A stretch of 64,000 nucleotides of DNA from Candidatus Eiseniibacteriota bacterium (GTDB lineage Bacteria > Eisenbacteria > RBG-16-71-46), in NCBI GenBank assembly GCA_041483195.1, contig JBGPFC010000004.1:133020-197019 (forward strand), given 5' to 3'. This document shows positions 9,413 through 19,670 of the stretch, piece after piece (positions within the stretch are counted from its first letter, which is position 1; the number at the start of each line of letters is the position of its first letter). The translations under genes and the position numbers were made by a program. The notes under the pieces are model-generated. The model saw only the letters and a list, made by a program, of their open reading frames with translations. It ran no database searches and had not been told where the DNA came from.

Positions 9413-12400
9413 TCACGGCCGGCGGTCCAGCGTCGCGTACACCACCGGGATCACGACCAGCGTGAGCAGGGTCGCGAACGAGAGCCCGCCCATGATCGTC
9501 ATCGCCAGCGGCGCCCCCACCTCGGAGCCCTCGCCGATCCCGAGCGACATCGGCAGCAGGCCGAGCACGGTGGTGAGCGTGGTCATGAGGATCGGGCGGA
9601 GCCGCACGGTGCCCGCCGTGATCAGCGCCTCGCGCTTCGGGCGTCCCTCCGCCCGCAGGCGGTTCGTGTAGTCCACCATGATGATCGCGTTCTTCACGAC
9701 GATGCCGGAGAGCACCAGCAGCCCGATCAGCACCATCACGCTCACCGCGTTGTGCGTCAGCACCAGCGTGAGCACCACGCCGATCACGCCCAGCGGGAGC
9801 GTGAACATGATGACGAACGGGTGGAGCAGGGACTCGAACTGGCTCGCCATCACCAGGTAGACGAGGAACACCGCCAGCAGCAGCGCGAAACGGATCGATG
9901 CGAAAGAATCACCCAGCTCGCGATTCTGGCCGGCCAGCGTGACGCGCGCCCCGGGCGGGAGCGCGAGCCCGTCGAGCGAGGCCAGGATGTCGCGAGAGGC
10001 CGAGGCCAGGTCGCGGCCCTTGAGATTCGCGGAGACCACGGCGGCGCGCTGCTGCGCGATGCGCCGGATCTCGCCGGGTCCGCGTTCGACCGACACCAGT
10101 GCGACGCTCGCGAGCGGAACCGGCCGGTCCGCGTTGCGCCCGACCTCGAGATTCGCGAGCTGCGCGACCTGCGAGCGCTGGTCTTCGGTGGCGCGCACCC
10201 GCACGTCGAGCTTGCGATCGACGTCGCTGAACTGCGTCGCGGCCTCGCCCTGCACCGCGTTGCGCACCAGGCGCGAAGCCGAGACCGGATCGAGATGGAG
10301 CGCGGCGAGGCGCTCGCGGTCGAACGAGATCCGGACCTCGGGATCGCCGAAGCGCATCGAGGATTCGACGTCTTCCACCCCGCGGATATCCGCGACCCGG
10401 CGCGCCACCTGGGAGGCGAGGGTGCGGAGCGTGTCGAGGTCGTACGCGTAGACCTCGACCTCGACCGGGCTCTTGAAGGTGAGGAGCTGGGGCCGGCCGA
10501 ACTCGTAGGAGAGCCCCGGCATCTCGTTCATCGAGGCGCGGAGCCGGGCGGCGATCCCCTCCTCGGCTTCACCCGGGCTTCCCGGCTTGAGCACCACCGC
10601 GAGCTGGCCGCGATTGGGCTCGCGCGACCCGCCCGCGAAATCCGAGAGGTCGGTCTGCCCGGCGGTCGTATATGCGAAGCGCACGTGGGGATCGTGCTCG
10701 ATGGTGCGCGCGAGCCGCTCCAGGGTCTCGTCCGTGACATGCAGCGCGGTCCCCTCGGGGAGGCGCAGGTTGAAGTGGAACTCGCCCTGCGCGAACGACG
10801 GGAACAGATTGCGCGGCAGCAGCAGTCCGGCCGTGACCGCCGCCGCGAGCGCGAGCGTGGCCACCGACAGGACGCGGCGCGGATGGCCCAGCGCCGAACG
10901 CACGATCCGCGGGTAGACGCGCTCGAGCGCGTCGTAGCCGGCCTCGACCGGGTAGAAGAGGCGCCGCACCCAGGGACGGAGCACGGGGCCGAGCCACCGC
11001 GTCGCGCGCACGATCATCCGCGGGACGAACAGCACGGCGAACAGCGTCCACGCGATCACGGCGCTCCAGCGTCCGCGGCGCTTCGGGGTCTCGACCAGCG
11101 TGGCGTCCGGATCGGCGACCGGCACGTCGTGGCGGCCGCCGCCGCCGAGCGCGGCGATGGTGGGCACCACGATCAGGGCCACGATCAGCGAGGCCATCAG
11201 CGAGAAGGACACGGTGAGCGCCTGGTCGCGGATCAGCTGGCCCGCCACCCCCTCGACGAACACCAGCGGCAGGAACACGACCACCGTCGTGAGGGTCGAT
11301 GCCGTGATCGCCATCGCCACCAGTCCGGTGCCGCGGCTCGCAGCCGAACGCGCGTCGTGACCCTCCTGGCGGAAGCGGAAGATGCTCTCGAGCACCACGA
11401 TCGAGTCGTCCACCAGCATCCCGACGCCGAGGGCGAGCCCGCCCAGCGACATGAGATTGAGCGAGAGCCCCATGCGGTACATGGCGATGAAGGTCGCGAA
11501 CACCGAGAGCGGGATCGAGAGGCTGATGATGACCGTCGATCGCAGGTCGCGGAGGAAGGCGAAGATCACGAGCACCGCGAGCAGCCCCCCGATCAGGGCG
11601 GAGTTCACGACGTCGCGCACCGACTGCTCGATGAAGCGCGACTGGTCCGCCACCGTCAGGAGCGTCATGCCCGCGGGCAGCGGGATGCGCTTCATCCGCG
11701 CCTTCACGGTGCGCGCCACCGCCACGGTGTTGGCGTCGCCTTCCTTGTAGATCGCGATCTCCACCGCCTCGTCGCGGTTCACGCGGGTCACCAGCTCGCG
11801 CTCCTTCGCGCCGCGGCTCACCGTGGCCACGTCGGCGAGGCGGACCGCGCCATCGGGGCGCGACACGAGCACGATGCCGCCCATCTCCTCGGGCGTGAGG
11901 AACTGATTCGCGACCCGCACCAGGTACTCGGACCGGCCCTCGGTGAGCGAGCCCCCCGCGAGATTGATGTTCTCCTGCCCGAGCCGGCGCGTGACGTCCG
12001 TGAGCGAGAGCCCCGCCGAGGCGAGGCGCTGCGCGTCCACCTCGACGTGGATCTCCTCCTCTTCGCCACCCGCGACCCGCACCGCGGCGACCCCGGGCGC
12101 GCCTTCGAGGTCGGTCTTCAGCGTGCGCTCGGCGATGCGGCGCAGCCGCTGGAGGTTGCCGCCCCCCGCGAGCCGGTAACGCAGGATCGGATCGAGCGAC
12201 GGGTCGAATCTCAGGATGGCGGGACGCTTGGCCTCGCGCGGCAGCGCGACCAGGTCGAGCTTCTCGCGCACGCCCAGCGATGCGAGGTCCATTCGCGTGC
12301 CCGAGCCGAATTCCATCGTGACCTCGGACTGGCCAGGGTGGGAGACGGAATGCATCCGCACGAGTCCTGGCACCACGCCCACGCCCTCCTCGACCGGGCG

Positions 12401-12592
12401 CGTCACGAATTGTTCGACGTCGCTGGGCGCGGCGTCCGGCAGGTCGGTGCGAACGGTGAGCGATGGGTACGAGATGTCGGGCAGGAGATCGACGGACAGC
12501 CGTGAGGCCGCGACCAGGCCGAACACCACGAGCCCCGCGGTCACCATGAACACCGTGACCGGCCGCTGCAGTGACGAGTCGACGAGGCGCAT
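9413..12592 (-). CDS. RND efflux permease (AcrB/AcrD/AcrF family), second subunit
   Basis: MRLVDSSLQRPV start; GMLVDDSIVVLESI, GIVVKNAI, RLRPILMTT motifs. Confidence 0.95.
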   Translation of the reverse strand: MRLVDSSLQRPVTVFMVTAGLVVFGLVAASRLSVDLLPDISYPSLTVRTDLPDAAPSDVEQFVTRPVEEGVGVVPGLVRMHSVSHPGQSEVTMEFGSGTRMDLASLGVREKLDLVALPREAKRPAILRFDPSLDPILRYRLAGGGNLQRLRRIAERTLKTDLEGAPGVAAVRVAGGEEEEIHVEVDAQRLASAGLSLTDVTRRLGQENINLAGGSLTEGRSEYLVRVANQFLTPEEMGGIVLVSRPDGAVRLADVATVSRGAKERELVTRVNRDEAVEIAIYKEGDANTVAVARTVKARMKRIPLPAGMTLLTVADQSRFIEQSVRDVVNSALIGGLLAVLVIFAFLRDLRSTVIISLSIPLSVFATFIAMYRMGLSLNLMSLGGLALGVGMLVDDSIVVLESIFRFRQEGHDARSAASRGTGLVAMAITASTLTTVVVFLPLVFVEGVAGQLIRDQALTVSFSLMASLIVALIVVPTIAALGGGGRHDVPVADPDATLVETPKRRGRWSAVIAWTLFAVLFVPRMIVRATRWLGPVLRPWVRRLFYPVEAGYDALERVYPRIVRSALGHPRRVLSVATLALAAAVTAGLLLPRNLFPSFAQGEFHFNLRLPEGTALHVTDETLERLARTIEHDPHVRFAYTTAGQTDLSDFAGGSREPNRGQLAVVLKPGSPGEAEEGIAARLRASMNEMPGLSYEFGRPQLLTFKSPVEVEVYAYDLDTLRTLASQVARRVADIRGVEDVESSMRFGDPEVRISFDRERLAALHLDPVSASRLVRNAVQGEAATQFSDVDRKLDVRVRATEDQRSQVAQLANLEVGRNADRPVPLASVALVSVERGPGEIRRIAQQRAAVVSANLKGRDLASASRDILASLDGLALPPGARVTLAGQNRELGDSFASIRFALLLAVFLVYLVMASQFESLLHPFVIMFTLPLGVIGVVLTLVLTHNAVSVMVLIGLLVLSGIVVKNAIIMVDYTNRLRAEGRPKREALITAGTVRLRPILMTTLTTVLGLLPMSLGIGEGSEVGAPLAMTIMGGLSFATLLTLVVIPVVYATLDRRP

Positions 12593-12667
12593 CGGATTGC
12601 CTCCGGAAGAGGGTGCTCCGCCCGCGCATGCGGGCGACACGAACGCGCGGGCGCGCGGCGCGGACCG

Positions 12668-13762
12668 CTAGGAGCGCACGACCCGGATCTTCGAACCCTG
12701 CTTCAAGCCGCCCTGCCCCACCGTGACCACGCGCTCTCCCGCCCTGAGCCCGGCGAGGACCTGCGCCGTTTCGTTCTCGACCGCGCCGAGCTTGACCGGG
12801 AGCCGCACCGCGCTGTCACCCCGTGCGACGAACACGAAACTCTCTCCATCCTCGCTCACCACTCCCCGGCGCGGGAGCAGGAGCGCACCCGGGAAGCTTC
12901 CGGTCTGCAGGCTCACGCGCGCGAACGCCCCGGGGCGCAGCGCGCCCTCGGGATTGGGCAGCTCGAGCGTGACCTTGCAAGTGCCGTTGCTCTGGTCCAC
13001 GACCGGATTCAGGCGCACCACGCGCGCCTCGAACGTGCGGCCGGGTTGCGAATCGATCGTGAGGCGCGCCGACTGTCCGACGCGAATCGCGGAGAGATCG
13101 CGCTCTGGGAAGAACAGCCGCACCAGCAGCGGGCTGAACTCGACGAGCTGGAAGCAGGCCTTGCCCGGCGTGACGGTCTCGCCCATGTTGATCTGGCGCT
13201 CGGTGACGCGCCCCGAGAACGGCGCGGTGATGCGGGTGAGATCCAGGTTGTGCTTCGCCTGCTCGAGTTCGACCGAGGCGGTGCGGCGCTTGAGATCGAG
13301 GTCTTCCTGCTCGCGGGGGGAGAGGTAGCCCTGCGCGTGCAGCTGGTCGCCGCGTTCCGCCTCACGCTTCACCACCTCGAACGAGAGGGTGGCGCGGTCC
13401 ACCGCCAGCGAGGCCTCCCGATCCTCGAAGCGCGCGAGCACCTCGCCGGCCTTCACCCACTGGCCTTCCTCCGCCAGGAGCTCGATCACCTGCCCCTCGC
13501 GCCGCGCCATGAGCACGGCGCTGTTGCGCGGCTCGAGCGTGGCCGAGGTCTGGAGGTAGGTCGAGATCGGACCCACCGTGACCGTGCTCAGCTCGACCGG
13601 CGCGGCGGGCGCGGTTTCCTTGTCGGACTTCTTCTTGGCGGGCGCGTTGCTCCCTGCGCTCTTGAACGCGAGGCTCAGGACGACGGCGCTCGCCACCAGC
13701 ACGAAACCGACGGACGACCAGATGATGACGCGCCGGCGGCGATGGCTTGCATGGGCTTCCAT
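12668..13762 (-). CDS. RND efflux periplasmic adaptor (membrane fusion protein)
   Basis: N-terminal TM, lipoyl-like EEGQWVKAGEVL, ITAPFSG, LRPGAFARV, GLRAGERVVT motifs. Confidence 0.93.
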   Translation of the reverse strand: MEAHASHRRRRVIIWSSVGFVLVASAVVLSLAFKSAGSNAPAKKKSDKETAPAAPVELSTVTVGPISTYLQTSATLEPRNSAVLMARREGQVIELLAEEGQWVKAGEVLARFEDREASLAVDRATLSFEVVKREAERGDQLHAQGYLSPREQEDLDLKRRTASVELEQAKHNLDLTRITAPFSGRVTERQINMGETVTPGKACFQLVEFSPLLVRLFFPERDLSAIRVGQSARLTIDSQPGRTFEARVVRLNPVVDQSNGTCKVTLELPNPEGALRPGAFARVSLQTGSFPGALLLPRRGVVSEDGESFVFVARGDSAVRLPVKLGAVENETAQVLAGLRAGERVVTVGQGGLKQGSKIRVVRS

Positions 13763-13889
13763 GACGACCTCCCCAACGCGATCTCGCTCACCGGCGCCGC
13801 GGCCCGGCGCGAATCCGGGGCGAGGGGCCTTCGAGCGTCATGGCCGGACCGGGACGATCGGGCCGGCCGGAATGCCGCATCTACGGCTT

Positions 13890-13916
13890 CCGCCCGTTGC
13901 AGGTTGCAGCGGGCGG
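13890..13916 (-). terminator. GC-rich hairpin just after the true stop of the radical SAM gene
   Basis: CCGCCCG-CTGCA-ACC-TGCAA-CGGGCGG on the minus strand, immediately after TAG 13917-13919. No U-tract. Confidence 0.35.
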
Positions 13917-15368
13917 CTAGAGAGGCGCGAACTGCGCCTCGGTGGGTTCCGCTCAGCAATACCATGGCTCGGTGAGAAAGGGCACCGGCGGCCGGTGCGG
14001 CGCCCGTGCGGCGGCCGCGAGCGGCCGCACGCGCTCCCCGGACGCCTCGACCGCGAGCGCGTACGCCCGATCGAACACCACCCCCCGCGCTTCGCCCCGG
14101 CCTGAGGCCTCGGCCACCATCGACTGCACCCGTCCGCACAGCGCGTCGACCCGCGGCTCGGGATGCCGCCACGGATGGCACAGCAGGACCGGGTCGAGCG
14201 GCTGCGCGAGCGCGCGGGCCTCCGGCAGCTCGAGCAGCCGGGACCCCGGCGGGATCAGCAACCGAATCCCGAGCTGAACCGGCGCCACGTGCTCGATCAG
14301 CCCGAGTTCGGCGATGGTCTCGAGCAGCTCGGCGTAGCCCGCCCGCGAGATCCACGGGGTGAACGCGACGAAGGTGGGATGCAGGATCAGGGACTCCTCC
14401 CGGAACAGTCGCACGACCTCGACGAAGTCGGCGCGAGTATGCCCCTTCTCGAGCCGCTCGAGCACGCGGTCGTCCACCGATTCCACCGCGCTCGTCACGA
14501 ATCGGCACCCGGTCTCGCGCAGGGTGGCGAGCTGTTCACGGTGCGCGAGCAGATGCTCGATCTTGATCGTGACGTCGTAGGTGAGGGCGGGGAACTCGGC
14601 GTGCAGCGCCCGCACCAGCGGTATCGCGTGCCCGATGCCGTTCCAGAAGTCGGGATCGCCGAACGTGACGTGCCGCGCCCCGGCCTCGACCTGGCGTCGC
14701 ACGTCATCGAGCACGATCGCGCGCGGCACGACCCGGAAGCGCCCGCCGTAGATCGGAACCACCGGGCAATGGCGGCACAGGTGTTTGCAGCCACGGCTCG
14801 ACTCGGTGTAGCCCACGGTGAGGAGCGAGCCGTCGCCCGGATCGAGCCGCGCGTAGCGATCGAGCGCGGGCAGCCCCTCGCGATCCGGCGCGAGAAACGC
14901 GAGGCGTTCGAGCGAGACGCCGTCGTGCGCGCGTGCGTCGGGGCCCCGGCCCGCGAGGCCCATCGCCCATTCGGTGAGCCCCCGCTCGAACTCACCCGAG
15001 AAACACGCCTCGACGCCCAGCGCCCGCAGCGCTCCCGCGTTCATCGCGGCATAGAGTCCATACGCGGAGAGCGGCGCGCGCGGGTTGAGCGCGCGGACCC
15101 GCGCGATCACCGGCGCCGCGAGCCGGGTCGCGGTATGCATCGGGAGGAAGAAGGCGACGGCGTCGGCCGACCCCGCCGCGACCTCGTCCAGCGGATCGAC
15201 CGCGAGATCGCAACAGACGACCGAGGCCCCCGCGCGGCGCAGCCACGCCGCCGGGGAGGCGAGTCCGAATGGCTGACGGCCGAGGTCGTAGGTCGAGATC
15301 AGCACCACGCGCGGCGCATGGCGCGGGGCGCGGGACTCGGGCGCCTCGGACGACACCGCGCTCTTCAT
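13917..15368 (-). CDS. CUAEP/CCAEP-tail radical SAM selenoprotein (UGA at 13953-13955 read as Sec)
   Basis: B12-binding-like N-domain, SRGCKHLCRHC (CxxxCxxC). The C-terminus reads PFLTEPWYC-TGA-AEPTEAQFAPL-TAG, with a SECIS-like hairpin after the TGA. Confidence 0.88.
13922..13940 (-). promoter_or_regulatory. Putative bacterial SECIS element
   Basis: GAGGCGC-AGTTC-GCGCCTC: perfect 7-bp stem starting 12 nt 3' of the in-frame UGA, G at loop position 2. Confidence 0.75.
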
Positions 15369-15402
15369 CGGCCGACGGTTCCGGCGTCCAGGAGCCCGGC
15401 GC

Positions 15403-16008
15403 TCATTCGAGCGGCGAGCGGCCGCCTTTCGCGGGCTGGTAATAGGGGTTCCTCCCCCCCGCGTGATCGGTGCTGTCCACGATCTCGCGGATCGCGGGGA
15501 CCGCGTCGCGGATCCGCACCTCGATGCCCTGCTTGAGCGTGACGTCCACCATGCCGCAGCCCTGGCAGCCGCCGCCGAGGCGGATGTACGCGACGTCGCC
15601 CTTCACGTCGAGCAGCGTCACGTTGCCGCCGTGCGAGGCCACGGCCGGATTGATCTCGTCGTCGAGCACCTTCTGGACCGCCAGCGCCGTGGGGTCCGAC
15701 CACAACGGGTTCGGGTTGTCGATCTTGAATCCGCTGCCGTATGACGATTCGACGTAGTCGATGCTCGCCCCCGTCAGCAGCGGCACGCTGGGCTGGTCGA
15801 TCATCACCGGCAGGCCGCCCACCTCGAATCCCACGTCCTCCGGCGTGCGCTCGCTCTCCGGCACGAACGCGAGCCGGTACTGGAATCCGCCCGGGCCGCG
15901 GCCCACGACGCCCATTCGGAGGCCGAGCCCGTCGCGGCCCTCGGCCTGCATCAACTCGCGAATCTTCGCGAGCCCCGCCTCGGAAATCGTGATCAACGCT
16001 GCCGTCAT
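15403..16008 (-). CDS. nfuA: Fe-S cluster carrier NfuA (A-type-like domain + NifU-C domain)
   Basis: ITISEA..., GASIDY...GFKIDNPN, EINPAVASHGG, GGGCQGC, TLKQGIE, DSTDH...NPYY. Confidence 0.92.
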   Translation of the reverse strand: MTAALITISEAGLAKIRELMQAEGRDGLGLRMGVVGRGPGGFQYRLAFVPESERTPEDVGFEVGGLPVMIDQPSVPLLTGASIDYVESSYGSGFKIDNPNPLWSDPTALAVQKVLDDEINPAVASHGGNVTLLDVKGDVAYIRLGGGCQGCGMVDVTLKQGIEVRIRDAVPAIREIVDSTDHAGGRNPYYQPAKGGRSPLE

Positions 16009-17306
16009 GCCTCGCTCCCTTCAACCCCGGATGCCCGCGCCCCGGCGCGCGGCGTGCGGGGATCGATGTCGAACGTCAGGTGCCGATGCGCCTCGCGCAA
16101 CGCCGCCTCCACCTGCTCGGGCAGCTCGCCGCGCGCGAAGATGAAGCCCAGGTAACGATCCCCCTCCGGCAGCGGTACGAGCTCCTGCCCGGGCGGAACG
16201 GTGATGCGCAGCTCGTCGATCAGGTCCACGCCGCGCGCGGCGTCAACGCCGCCCACGGCGCGCAGCACGCCCGCCCGCGGGATGGGAATCATCATGACCC
16301 CCGAGGCGCAGCGTTCGCGCTCGAGCGCCGCGACGTCGACGCCGAGCGCATCGCTCAGAATCAGCGCCTCGAGCGACACGCCGTCGCCGAATCGGAGCGA
16401 GCGCGAGCATAGCCCGCCGATGCTGCGCGGGGCAATCTCGAGCGGCCACGCGCCGGCCGTGTTCCAGCGCAGCTCGGCGTGCACCGGTCCCTGCCCGAGC
16501 CCGATCGCGGCGACGGCCCGCGCGGCCGCCGCCTCGATCGCCCGTTGCGTCGCACGATCCAGGCGTGAAGGGGTGACGTAGATCGTCTCCTCGAAATACG
16601 GGCCATCGAGCGGATCGGGCTTGTCGAAGATCGCGAGCACCCGCAGCGCCCCGCGCGTGACCAGCCCTTCGACCGCGACTTCGATCCCGGGAATGTAGTC
16701 CTCGATCAGGATCTCCGTGGCGAGCGCCCCACCCGCCGCCGCGACCTCGGGGCGCGCGAGCAGCGCTGCGATGCGCCGGAACGCCACGGCCAGCGCCCCG
16801 GGATCGTCCGCGCGGATCACCCCGCGGCTCGCCGCGAGGAACAGCGGTTTGAGCACGCAGGGGTACTTGACCCGCGCCGCGATCGCCTCCGGCCCTGCGC
16901 TCACCGCGCAGCGCGCGATCCGCGGCGTGAGCAATCCCGCGCGCGCGAAGGCCTCGCGCGTCGCGAGCTTGCTGCGGGCGGTGCGCACCGCCGCTGCGGA
17001 ATGGTGCGGCAGGCGCAGCGCCTCTGCGGCGCGCGCGGCCAGCAGCACGCCCTCGTCGTCGGCGGCGATCACAGCGTCCAGCGGATGCTCGCGCGCGAAC
17101 GCCTCGATCGCGCGGGTCGCGGCGTCCGCGTCTCCGAACGCGAGCGCCAGGTTCCCGGCCGGGTTGAGGGGCGCGAGCGCCTGCGGCCGGTCGGTCGCGA
17201 CGACCGCCTCCGCGCCGATGGCCCGCGCGGCGTCGAGGAACGCACCGGCGCGGTAGGACGCCGTGGTCATCAGCAGCAGCACGCGCGGTCTGCGGGATGC
17301 GCTCAA
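16005..17306 (-). CDS. ATP-grasp domain protein (L-amino-acid-ligase-like)
   Basis: YPCVLKP..AASRGV, IEDYIPGIE, IFDKPDPLDGPYFEETIYVTPS, HAELR, EIAPRSIGG. TTG start overlaps the upstream stop (TTGA); the stop overlaps the nfuA ATG (ATGA). Confidence 0.88.
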   Translation of the reverse strand: MSASRRPRVLLLMTTASYRAGAFLDAARAIGAEAVVATDRPQALAPLNPAGNLALAFGDADAATRAIEAFAREHPLDAVIAADDEGVLLAARAAEALRLPHHSAAAVRTARSKLATREAFARAGLLTPRIARCAVSAGPEAIAARVKYPCVLKPLFLAASRGVIRADDPGALAVAFRRIAALLARPEVAAAGGALATEILIEDYIPGIEVAVEGLVTRGALRVLAIFDKPDPLDGPYFEETIYVTPSRLDRATQRAIEAAAARAVAAIGLGQGPVHAELRWNTAGAWPLEIAPRSIGGLCSRSLRFGDGVSLEALILSDALGVDVAALERERCASGVMMIPIPRAGVLRAVGGVDAARGVDLIDELRITVPPGQELVPLPEGDRYLGFIFARGELPEQVEAALREAHRHLTFDIDPRTPRAGARASGVEGSEA

Positions 17307-19660
17307 CGCCGGCCCCGATTCGCGAGCCGCTCGAGCTCGGCGCGCGCGTCGCGCCCCACGTCGCTCGCGGCCGGGGCGCGGCCCGCGACCCACTCCAGCT
17401 CGCCGCGCGCGGCCGATGCTGCGCCCAGCCGCGACAGCGCGCGTCCGTGCTGCAATCTCAGATACGGCAGCAGGGGATCCGCGCCGCCCGCGCGAGCGAG
17501 CGTGCGCTCGATCGCGACGTTCGCCTCCCGCCACGCCCCGAGCTCCGCGGCGCAGGCCACGTACGCGAGACACGGGAGCACTTCGGCGGGCCGCATGACG
17601 TGAATCGCCTCCGCGAGCGGCATCGCCGCGGCCATGCGGCCGAGGCCGGCGAAATCGTAGGCCATCCGTTCGGCGAACGGGCGGACGTTCGATGCGAAGA
17701 ACGCATCGAGGCCCAGCACCCAGGGCGCTGGCGAACCGTCCGGCCGGCGCAGCGCGCCGCCGGTCCGCCCTTCCGGCGGAACCGCGACCGACTCGAACTC
17801 GAGCCGGTAGGGACGCGGCACCGTGGCCGCCCACCACAGCGGATCCAGATCGCCGAGACGCTCGAGCGAGGCGCGCGCCCGCTCTCCCAGGCGGTACACC
17901 CGGATCTCGGGACCGGTCACGTCGCCCCCGGGATCGAATCGCGCGGCGAGCACCGCGCTCGAGTCGAGAAACGCGTAGAAGCGGCGCTGGGCGGGGAAGC
18001 TCGACGGCTGCGCCTCGTAGCGGCCTCGAATCGCCCCGCTGGTGAACACGTAGTCCACGCCGTGCAGCAATCGCAGATCGTAGAAGATCTGGTTGATCGC
18101 CTGGGGCTGCGGGTACACGACGAGCCGCCGCTTCGTACCGTCCGGCAGATCCAGCATCGCGGTGGCCTGCCCGGCCACCACCAGCGGGAGATCGACCGAT
18201 GAATAGGTGCGACGCGCGAGGAGACGCCGCTGGAACGGCGCGCTCGCCGCCCCGAATCCGCGACTCGAGCGCACCACCGCGACCCGCTGGCGCGTGAGCA
18301 GCTCGCCGCTGTACCCCTCGCGCAGCAACAGGTCTTCCGGCTTCACGTGCGACTCGCACCAGCGCCGCGCCTCCACCTGGGTGTCGTCCCTTCCGCTCGC
18401 GCCGGTCCGTACCCCCGCCGGCAACACCGGAAGCGCGAGCGACAGCGCCGCCAGCGCCCCCGCGAACCGCCGCACCCGGCCGATGCGGCCGAACAGGTCG
18501 ACGGCGGCGGCGGCGGCCAGCAGCGCGGCGATCGGAATCAACGGCATGAGATAGCGCTCGGCCTCGACCCGCGCGAGCGAGATCGCGACCCCGAGCGGCA
18601 GCATGAACAGCCAGAGCGCGGCGCGGTCGGCGTTCGCGCGCGGATGACGCAGCGTGAACGCGAGCGAGGCGCCGAGCAGGGCGAGCCCCGGCCAGCCGAT
18701 GTCGCGCGCGAGCGTGCCGAGCTGGAACAGGAATCCGCGCCGGTCCGCGCTTCCGAGATGGCCCTGCGCCATGTGGAGGCTCTCGAACGCGAAATCCTTT
18801 CGGAACTGCGCGAAGTCGATGGCGACATAGGGCGAGCTGATCAGGAACACGCCGAGCGCCGCGACGCAGGCCAGCGCCCACAGCGGCAGCGCGCGCACCC
18901 CGCGGCGTTCGAGCAGCACCCATGCGAGCGGAACCACGAGCGCCGCGGCCGGATACTTGCAGCCGGCCGCGAGCCCCAGGCACGCGGTCGCGGCGATCAG
19001 GGCGCCGCGGTGACCGGTCGCGCGCCAGCTCAGCATGCGTTCGAGCGCGACCGCTGCGAACGCGGTCATCGGCGTGTCGGTGTAGATCGCTCGCGAGGTC
19101 AGGATCATGGTGGGCGCGATCGCGACCACCGCAGCTGCCGCGAGGCCCGCGCCGCGCCGCATGCGCTCGCCGATGCGCACCACGGCGATCAGGGTCACAG
19201 CATCCGCGATCACCCCGATGAGCCGCGCCGCGATCACCATCGGCGTGGGATCGGTCTCGTAGGCGGTGAGGTAGTCCGCGAGGCTCGCGTAGTAGTGGAT
19301 CGCGCGTCCCGCCATCAGGGTGATTCCCTGCACCAGCAGCTGAAGGTAGATGGTGAGCGATGGGTAGTTGAAGAAGTGCGGGTTCCAGTCGACGCGGCCC
19401 TCGCCTGTCCACATCCGGAGCGCGATCTTGAAGGGAATGGCCTCGTCGAGGACATCCGGCAGTCCGTAGCCGATGTGCCACAGCCGCAGCGCGAGGCCGG
19501 CCGCGAGCAGCGCGATCGCGGCCGCGATCGTGCGCGCGTCCATCGACGCCCGCCCGGCTTCCGCCGGCGGCGCCGGCGGCGCCGGCGCGCCCGGCGCGGC
19601 CGCGGCCGCCGCCGCCGCGCGGGCGGCGCGTGCGCGGCCGCGCCGGGGGGGTGGCTTCAT
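17303..19660 (-). CDS. GT-C fold (ArnT/PMT, family 39-like) polytopic glycosyltransferase with a large C-terminal soluble domain
   Basis: LRLWHIGYGLPDVLDE, PHFFNYPSL, YTDTP, GCKYP, ERYLMP motifs with many TM helices. Alternative start at 19543. Confidence 0.8.
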   Translation of the reverse strand: MKPPPRRGRARAARAAAAAAAAPGAPAPPAPPAEAGRASMDARTIAAAIALLAAGLALRLWHIGYGLPDVLDEAIPFKIALRMWTGEGRVDWNPHFFNYPSLTIYLQLLVQGITLMAGRAIHYYASLADYLTAYETDPTPMVIAARLIGVIADAVTLIAVVRIGERMRRGAGLAAAAVVAIAPTMILTSRAIYTDTPMTAFAAVALERMLSWRATGHRGALIAATACLGLAAGCKYPAAALVVPLAWVLLERRGVRALPLWALACVAALGVFLISSPYVAIDFAQFRKDFAFESLHMAQGHLGSADRRGFLFQLGTLARDIGWPGLALLGASLAFTLRHPRANADRAALWLFMLPLGVAISLARVEAERYLMPLIPIAALLAAAAAVDLFGRIGRVRRFAGALAALSLALPVLPAGVRTGASGRDDTQVEARRWCESHVKPEDLLLREGYSGELLTRQRVAVVRSSRGFGAASAPFQRRLLARRTYSSVDLPLVVAGQATAMLDLPDGTKRRLVVYPQPQAINQIFYDLRLLHGVDYVFTSGAIRGRYEAQPSSFPAQRRFYAFLDSSAVLAARFDPGGDVTGPEIRVYRLGERARASLERLGDLDPLWWAATVPRPYRLEFESVAVPPEGRTGGALRRPDGSPAPWVLGLDAFFASNVRPFAERMAYDFAGLGRMAAAMPLAEAIHVMRPAEVLPCLAYVACAAELGAWREANVAIERTLARAGGADPLLPYLRLQHGRALSRLGAASAARGELEWVAGRAPAASDVGRDARAELERLANRGRR

Positions 19661-19670
19661 CCCGCCGCCA

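Noticed and set aside
9398..12505. 1035-aa plus-strand ORF, and similar long ORFs such as 28247-31492, 45156-48023 and 6044-8965
   Set aside because: Antisense or alternate-frame shadows of well-supported genes. They are Arg/Ala/Gly-rich with no motifs, as expected in high-GC DNA with few stops.
17307..19481. Apparent 1158-aa giant ATP-grasp protein
   Set aside because: The N-terminal ~725 codons overlap the glycosyltransferase in another frame. The real gene starts at the TTG overlapping the upstream stop (17306).
19555..19630. GCC/GGC-rich low-complexity tract
   Set aside because: It encodes an Ala/Pro-rich N-terminal linker of the glycosyltransferase; there is no discrete repeat unit.
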